A DNA stretch of 64,000 nucleotides from an uncultured delta proteobacterium. GTDB taxonomy: Bacteria; Myxococcota; Myxococcia; Myxococcales; Myxococcaceae. How positions within the stretch are numbered: position 1 is the first letter of the stretch; each line of letters starts with the position of its first letter. Shown piece by piece: positions 59,130 through 64,000 of this stretch. The notes under the pieces were generated by a model, which ran no database searches, was not told the DNA's origin, and saw nothing but the letters and a program-made list of their open reading frames with translations. The stretch covers positions 1,504,001 to 1,568,000 of the forward strand of contig CAWCKH010000004.1 of NCBI GenBank assembly GCA_963796055.1, in the 5' to 3' direction. Made by a program: the position numbers and the translations under genes.

Positions 59130-59318
59130 CCCGGGCGACCGATTCGGTATCTGGAAGGCGCTTCCAGGCACAAAATCGGTCGGCCAGGTCGGTGCGGATG
59201 CCGCGGGCGCAGGCCGTCGCTCCAAACCACCTGTCGAGCGGATGAGGGACTGACCCGGGCGCCCGATTCGGTATTTGGAAGGCGCTTCCAGGCACAAAAC
59301 CGGTTGGCCGGGCCGGTG
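59130..59318. repeat. Two direct copies of a 65-bp palindromic unit (59130-59194 and 59254-59318)
   Basis: CCCGGGCG(A/C)CCGATTCGGTAT(C/T)TGGAAGGCGCTTCCAGGCACAAAA(T/C)CGGT...; 6 mismatches; period 124 bp. Confidence 0.92.
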
Positions 59319-59487
59319 GGGGGCGCTGGAGCGAATCGCCCGCTCGATCCGGCCTGGCGGGCTTTCCTCGAGCTCGAGTGCGCCAGGCGCACCTGGCTCG
59401 AGAGGGCATCTGGCATCCGCACGTCGACGACCCGCGGGAAGCGGTCAACCGAGCGGCTACAATCCGCCCGCCCGCGGAGGCCACCAC

Positions 59488-60375
59488 ATGCATCGGAAGA
59501 CTTCAGCCCACTTCGACCAGGAGCTCCTCGACCTCTTCGACAAGTACGTGCATGGCGACATCGATCGCCGTGGCTTCCTCGAGCGGGCGACCAGGTTCGC
59601 CGTCGGCGGGACGACCGCCGCGATGCTCCTCGAGGCGCTCACCCCTCGCTTCGCCCAGGCCCAGCAGATCCCCAGCGACGACAAGCGCCTCAAGGCGAGT
59701 TTCGTCGAGTACCAGTCCCCCCACGGCCAGGGGAAGATGCGCGGCCATCTGGTGCGCCCGGCCGGTGACGTCGGCAAGCTGCCGGGGGTCCTCGTCGTGC
59801 ACGAGAATCGCGGGTTGAATCCGCACATCGAGGACATTGCCCGCCGGATCGCCCTCGAGCACTTCATGGCCTTCGCCCCGGACGCGCTGGCACCGCTCGG
59901 CGGCTACCCGGGCGACGAGGACAAGGCCCGCGAGATGTTCGCCAAGCTCGACCAGGGAAAGGTTGGCGAGGACTTCGTCGCCGCTGCCGCCTACCTCAAG
60001 AATCGGCCGGACTGCACCGGCAAGATCGGCGTGGTCGGCTTCTGCTGGGGCGGCGGAATTGCCAACATGCTGGCGACCCGACTGCCTGATCTGGCGGCGG
60101 CCGTCCCCTTCTACGGCGCGCAGCCCAAGGCCCAGGACGTCGCCCTCATCAAGTCACCACTCCTCATTCACTACGCCGAGCACGACGAGCGGATCAACGC
60201 CGGCGCCGCCGCTTACCAGGCCGCGCTCAAGGCGAGCCACGTGAAGTACCAGATGTTCACCTATCCCGGCACCCAGCACGGCTTCAACAACGACACCACA
60301 CCCCGCTTCGACAAGGCCGCGGCCCAGCTCGCCTGGCAGCGGACCATCGAGTTCCTCAGGAAGAACCTCGGCTGA
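59488..60375 (+). CDS. Dienelactone hydrolase family protein (YghX-like)
   Basis: DRRGFL Tat-like leader, HENRGLNPHI, GFCWGG, HGFNND; RBS GGAGG. Confidence 0.93.
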   Translation: MHRKTSAHFDQELLDLFDKYVHGDIDRRGFLERATRFAVGGTTAAMLLEALTPRFAQAQQIPSDDKRLKASFVEYQSPHGQGKMRGHLVRPAGDVGKLPGVLVVHENRGLNPHIEDIARRIALEHFMAFAPDALAPLGGYPGDEDKAREMFAKLDQGKVGEDFVAAAAYLKNRPDCTGKIGVVGFCWGGGIANMLATRLPDLAAAVPFYGAQPKAQDVALIKSPLLIHYAEHDERINAGAAAYQAALKASHVKYQMFTYPGTQHGFNNDTTPRFDKAAAQLAWQRTIEFLRKNLG

Positions 60376-60384
60376 GGCGGCCGC

Positions 60385-60825
60385 ATGCGCACCTTGCTCC
60401 TCGAGCTCAGGTCTCGGCTGGACGACGTCACGGAAGGTCTCCGCCACGTCACCGTCCGTCGAATGTTCGGTTGCGACGCCTTCCTCGCCGGAGGTGCCAT
60501 CTTCGCCATGGTGTGGCGCGAGGGCCGCATCGGACTGCGGCTCCCGGACGACCAGCTCCCCGAGCTGCGAGCGCTCCCCGGCGCCGACCCCTGGCGGCAC
60601 CGAAACATGGTGGTCCGCCAGTGGGTGCTGGTTCCCGAGGCGTTCCACGACGACGCGGATGGGCTCGCTCCCTGGGTCCGGAAGGCACACGCCGCCGCCC
60701 TTTCCCGCGGTCCAGCCCCGGCGAAGAAGCCGGCCCGCCCGGCCGCGGTCCGGCGCAGCAAGCGCAAGACCGGCAGCGCACGCAAGAAGAGCCGCCGCCC
60801 CCGTCAGTCCAGCAGGAAGGTGTAG
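60385..60825 (+). CDS. TfoX/Sxy N-terminal domain protein
   Basis: VRRMFG...GAIFA...WVLVPE...WVRKA; basic tail overlaps the tonB 3' end. Confidence 0.8.
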   Translation: MRTLLLELRSRLDDVTEGLRHVTVRRMFGCDAFLAGGAIFAMVWREGRIGLRLPDDQLPELRALPGADPWRHRNMVVRQWVLVPEAFHDDADGLAPWVRKAHAAALSRGPAPAKKPARPAAVRRSKRKTGSARKKSRRPRQSSRKV

Positions 60826-61553
60826 CGGTAGGTGATCTGCGCTGCGACCGGCTGGCCCTTGCGCAGGGCCGGCCGGAAGCGAATGCGTTCCACCGCCTTC
60901 GCCGCCGCCTGGTCCAGCCCGCCGCCGGGGCCGGAGAGAATCTTCACCGTCCGTACCCGGCCGGTCTCGTCCACCAGCACCGACAGCACCACCGTCCCCT
61001 CGATGCCGCGGCTGCGGGCGTCCTCCGGGTACGGGATCCGGACCTCGCCGATGACCGTGGGCTGGCTGTCCAGCTCGTAGAGCGGCACCGGCGAGGGCTT
61101 CACCGAGGCGGGGTCCGCCGCCTTGGCCGGCGGCTTCCCGGCCAGCGTGTTTCCCACCGGGGCCTCGAAGCCGCCGGCGGTGGTCGTCGAGCGCAGCGTC
61201 AGCCCCACCACCACCGGGGGCGGCTCGGATGGCTTGGCCTCGGGCGGCGGGGTGTCGTTCGGCGGAGGCTGGACCAGCAGCCGCGGGTCCAGCTTCGGCT
61301 TGAAGAGCTTGCGGATCTCCCGGGGAATCGGGCGCGGCGGCTCCGGCTTGGCCGCAGGCGCGGGCGGAGGCGCCGGGCGCTCCACCTCCACCATCACCAG
61401 CTCGGACACCCGCCTCTGCGGCACGGGAGGGAGCGGAGCGTTCGACAGCCAGAGCAGCACCGCGACGTGGACCGCGATCGAGACGCCGAGGAAGGACCAG
61501 AGCAGCCCGGGGTGCGGCGCCGGCTCGGGCGAGAGGAGGACCGCCTCGCTCAC
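60804..61553 (-). CDS. tonB: Energy transducer TonB
   Basis: SIAVH TM, Pro-rich linker, YPEDARSRGIEGTV...RFRPA. Confidence 0.92.
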   Translation of the reverse strand: MSEAVLLSPEPAPHPGLLWSFLGVSIAVHVAVLLWLSNAPLPPVPQRRVSELVMVEVERPAPPPAPAAKPEPPRPIPREIRKLFKPKLDPRLLVQPPPNDTPPPEAKPSEPPPVVVGLTLRSTTTAGGFEAPVGNTLAGKPPAKAADPASVKPSPVPLYELDSQPTVIGEVRIPYPEDARSRGIEGTVVLSVLVDETGRVRTVKILSGPGGGLDQAAAKAVERIRFRPALRKGQPVAAQITYRYTFLLD

Positions 61554-61981
61554 GGCCGGGGGCTCCCCGCCTGCGGGTCCCGCTCGATGTTCAGGGCGAA
61601 CTTGGCGATGCCCTCGCCCTTCACCAGGTCGATGAGGTGCATCACCCGACCGTAGGGAAGTGACTGGTCGGCGCTGATGATCGCCCGGGTGTCGGGATCC
61701 TGCTTCACCCCGTCGGCCACCCTGGCCCGCAGCCCCGCCTCGTCGGTCTGCGCGCCGTCGACGAACAGCGTGCCGTTCCGGTCCATCACCACGTTGACCA
61801 GGCCCTGCACGGTGGTGCCGGCGTTGGCCGCCCGCGGGAGGTCCACCTCCATCGTCTCGCGGACGATGAAGTTCGCGGTCACCATGAAGATGATCAGCAG
61901 CACCAGCACGATGTCGACCAGCGGGGTGACGTTGATCCCGGTGATCTCCTCGTCCTCGTCCTCGCCGAGCGCCATCGCCAC
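61550..61981 (-). CDS. exbD: ExbD/TolR biopolymer transporter
   Basis: INVTPLVDIVLVLLIIFMVT; ISADQSLPYG. Confidence 0.93.
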   Translation of the reverse strand: MAMALGEDEDEEITGINVTPLVDIVLVLLIIFMVTANFIVRETMEVDLPRAANAGTTVQGLVNVVMDRNGTLFVDGAQTDEAGLRARVADGVKQDPDTRAIISADQSLPYGRVMHLIDLVKGEGIAKFALNIERDPQAGSPRP

Positions 61982-61985
61982 GCCG

Positions 61986-62693
61986 CTAACCCTCCGCCAC
62001 GCCCCGGACCGGCCGGCTCGCCGCCCCGGTGTCCGTCCGTGGGTTCCGCGCCGCGGCCACCAGCGCGTGGGCCAGCGCCTGGGCGCGGGTCACCCGGTAT
62101 TTCAGCGCGCGGGTGAAGAGGTTGTATGCCACCACCGCCGGGATGGCGACCGCCAGTCCCACCGCCGTGGCCACCAGCGCCTCGGAGATGCCGGTCATCA
62201 CCGTCTGCTGGATGGCCGAGCCGCGGATGGCCACCGCCCCGAGGTCGTTGAAGGCCTTGATGATGCCGAGCACCGTCCCGAAGAGGCCCACGAAGGGCGC
62301 GTTGCTCCCCAGCGTCCCGAGAAACGACAGCGACCGCTCGTAGCGGGGGCGCTCCTGCGCCATCGCCGCGGCCATGGCCTCCTCCACCACCGCCGGGCCC
62401 TGGGGGAGGACGGCGAGCCCCTGCTGGAGCACCCGGGCCTCGATCGCCTGCTGACCCTCGAGCAGCGGCCGCAGCGCGTCCAGCTCCCCGCGCGAGAGGC
62501 GCTGGGCGATCTCCTCTCCCCGCTGCAGCCGGCGCGCGCGGAAGAACATCGCCCGCTCGAGCATCACCGCCAGCGAAGCCACGGAGAGGGCCACCAGCAG
62601 CCAGAGCACCCACTCGGCGGAGGAGAGGGTCACCCGGAGCAGCTTGCTGGTGAGCCAGCCGACGTCGGCCAGCGCGAGAACGGTGAGGGTCAT
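61986..62693 (-). CDS. exbB: ExbB/TolQ/MotA proton channel
   Basis: APFVGLFGTVLGII, GISEALVATAVGLAVAIPA; ATG 62693. Confidence 0.93.
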   Translation of the reverse strand: MTLTVLALADVGWLTSKLLRVTLSSAEWVLWLLVALSVASLAVMLERAMFFRARRLQRGEEIAQRLSRGELDALRPLLEGQQAIEARVLQQGLAVLPQGPAVVEEAMAAAMAQERPRYERSLSFLGTLGSNAPFVGLFGTVLGIIKAFNDLGAVAIRGSAIQQTVMTGISEALVATAVGLAVAIPAVVAYNLFTRALKYRVTRAQALAHALVAAARNPRTDTGAASRPVRGVAEG

Positions 62694-62786
62694 GGTGGTG
62701 GAACGGCGCCGATCGTCATCAGACTCGAGGAGGGGTTGGAGACGCCAGGGCAACGCCCCGCAGCGGCCCGTTCATCCCGGGGAGGC

Positions 62787-64000
62787 CTAGTAGTCACGCG
62801 TCCACACGATGTCGGCCGAGCCGGACTTGGCGTCGCCGTACACCGCCTCGAAGGTCCAGCGGGGAAGGAACTGGTACTCCAGCCGCACGGCGTTGGCGTT
62901 CTCGTACTTGGCGGGATCGGCGCCCACCTTCCCCGCGTAGCCCAGATAGAGCTCGTCGGTGAGGTACTTGCCCGCCTCGAGGCTCGCGCCCTGGAGCGTC
63001 CCCTCGTCGCCCGCCGCGACGGAGAGCACGTCCAGGCCAACTTTGTCGCTCACCGCGCTCTTGAGCTGAGAGGCGGCCAGCGAGCCGAGCACCGACACCG
63101 CCTGCGCCGAGCCGATCTCCGAGCCGCCGCTCCCCCGCTTCAGGGTGGTCCGGCCGGTGGCGAGCAGGGTGTAGATCTCCGACTCGGTCAGCGGCGGCTC
63201 GCTGGAGGGGACCAGCTGGATGTCCCCCGCCTGCCCCTGCACGTTCATCGACACCTTCACCCCCGCCTTCGCGTTGTTGTAGATGGCCGTGACGTTGAGC
63301 GCCGGCTCGGTCGGTGGCCCGTTGAAGCGGACCACGCTGTTGCGCTGGATGTCGAAGCGCCGGCCGAGCACGTCGAGGCGCCCGCGGAGGATGCGTACCT
63401 CGCCGAAGAGGTCGGTCTCCTCGCCCAACTCGACCCGGAAGTCGGGGCTCAGGCCCACCTCGAGGTTGAGGTCCTGGCCCTTCACCCAGAGGTTCTTGGT
63501 CGCGTCGAGCACCATGACGATCGTCATGGGCTTGCTCTCGGCCTCCGGCTCGCCGCTCCCGCCCAGCGCCGCCTCGGCCGTGCGGTCCTTGGCCAGCAGC
63601 GCCCGGGCGCGCTTCGGGTCCAGCGGCTTGCCGTTCTTCATCAAGATGATGTCGTCGGGGCGGCTGAGGCTCTGGAGGTCGCGGCGGCTCTGCGCCGGGA
63701 GCTCCACGTGTGCCTCGGGGATGCGTACCTTGTTCAGCTCGATGGTCCCCCGGCGGGCGGTGCCGTCGAGGTCGGTCCGCAAGCTCAGCGACGCCACGAG
63801 CTGATCGTCGGTGAAGATGGGGAAGGCGTTCACCTCGCCGCTGGCCTTCAGCGTCCACAGCGGCCCGCTTCGCGTCCCCAGCCCGGTGACCTTCAGCGAG
63901 CCCGACTCGGTGCGCACGTCCAGGTCGTCCAGCGAGATCCGGTCGTTGCTCGCATTGGCGAGCAGGTGCACCCGCTGGTACTCGCCGTAACCGGCGATCC
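62787..64000 (-). CDS. tamB: Translocation/assembly module TamB (DUF490), 5'-truncated by the window edge
   Basis: RFNGP...PALNV...SSEPPLTESEIYTLLATG, EAGKYLTDELY, terminal WTRDY; frame open to the window end. Confidence 0.88.
   Translation of the reverse strand, partial: IAGYGEYQRVHLLANASNDRISLDDLDVRTESGSLKVTGLGTRSGPLWTLKASGEVNAFPIFTDDQLVASLSLRTDLDGTARRGTIELNKVRIPEAHVELPAQSRRDLQSLSRPDDIILMKNGKPLDPKRARALLAKDRTAEAALGGSGEPEAESKPMTIVMVLDATKNLWVKGQDLNLEVGLSPDFRVELGEETDLFGEVRILRGRLDVLGRRFDIQRNSVVRFNGPPTEPALNVTAIYNNAKAGVKVSMNVQGQAGDIQLVPSSEPPLTESEIYTLLATGRTTLKRGSGGSEIGSAQAVSVLGSLAASQLKSAVSDKVGLDVLSVAAGDEGTLQGASLEAGKYLTDELYLGYAGKVGADPAKYENANAVRLEYQFLPRWTFEAVYGDAKSGSADIVWTRDY

Noticed and set aside
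59016..59297. N-terminal extension of the AraC ORF (MCLEAPSKYRIGRPG repeated)
   Set aside because: The peptide repeat is only the translation of the 65-bp DNA repeat; family similarity starts at DLLS
59130..59318. Mini CRISPR array
   Set aside because: Only two units, 65-bp repeat and 59-bp spacer, no leader or cas genes in the window

Overview
High-GC bacterial chromosomal segment, most likely from a myxobacterium (Myxococcaceae/Anaeromyxobacter-like gene content and order). It holds about 55 genes. Core loci: a cobalamin-riboswitch-controlled B12 uptake operon (TonB-dependent receptor, Cys-rich lipoprotein, BtuF/C/D-like ABC system, TonB-like protein), an hprK-rapZ-mannose-family PTS cluster, metK and ahcY, uppP-Nudix-manC-PMM, purEK, and tamB-exbB-exbD-tonB. 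Accessory blocks lie between these: tandem M13 peptidases, a PIG-B-like and an ArnT-like GT-C glycosyltransferase, an M16 peptidase pair, an orphan duplicated ABC permease, a CGNR/ABATE regulator divergent from a GST-arginase-M20 operon, and a haloperoxidase-like lipoprotein followed by an FHA-sigma54 activator and a Ser/Thr kinase. I saw no rRNA, tRNA, CRISPR array, integrase or transposase. The most notable unannotated signals are: (i) gene relics with internal or terminal deletions, including three fragments (LysR, HAD, B12-binding) fused in alternating orientation within ~800 bp; (ii) two N18-spaced inverted repeats that are candidate operators of the CGNR/ABATE regulator; (iii) three sigma54 -24/-12 promoters, one of which suggests a kinase/FHA-activator/haloperoxidase module; (iv) a 65-bp palindromic unit present twice next to a degenerate AraC gene; (v) two single-base frameshifts (PTS EIIB, ABC permease); (vi) a 58-aa ORF missed by the ORF track. 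All calls come from reading motifs by eye; no searches were run.
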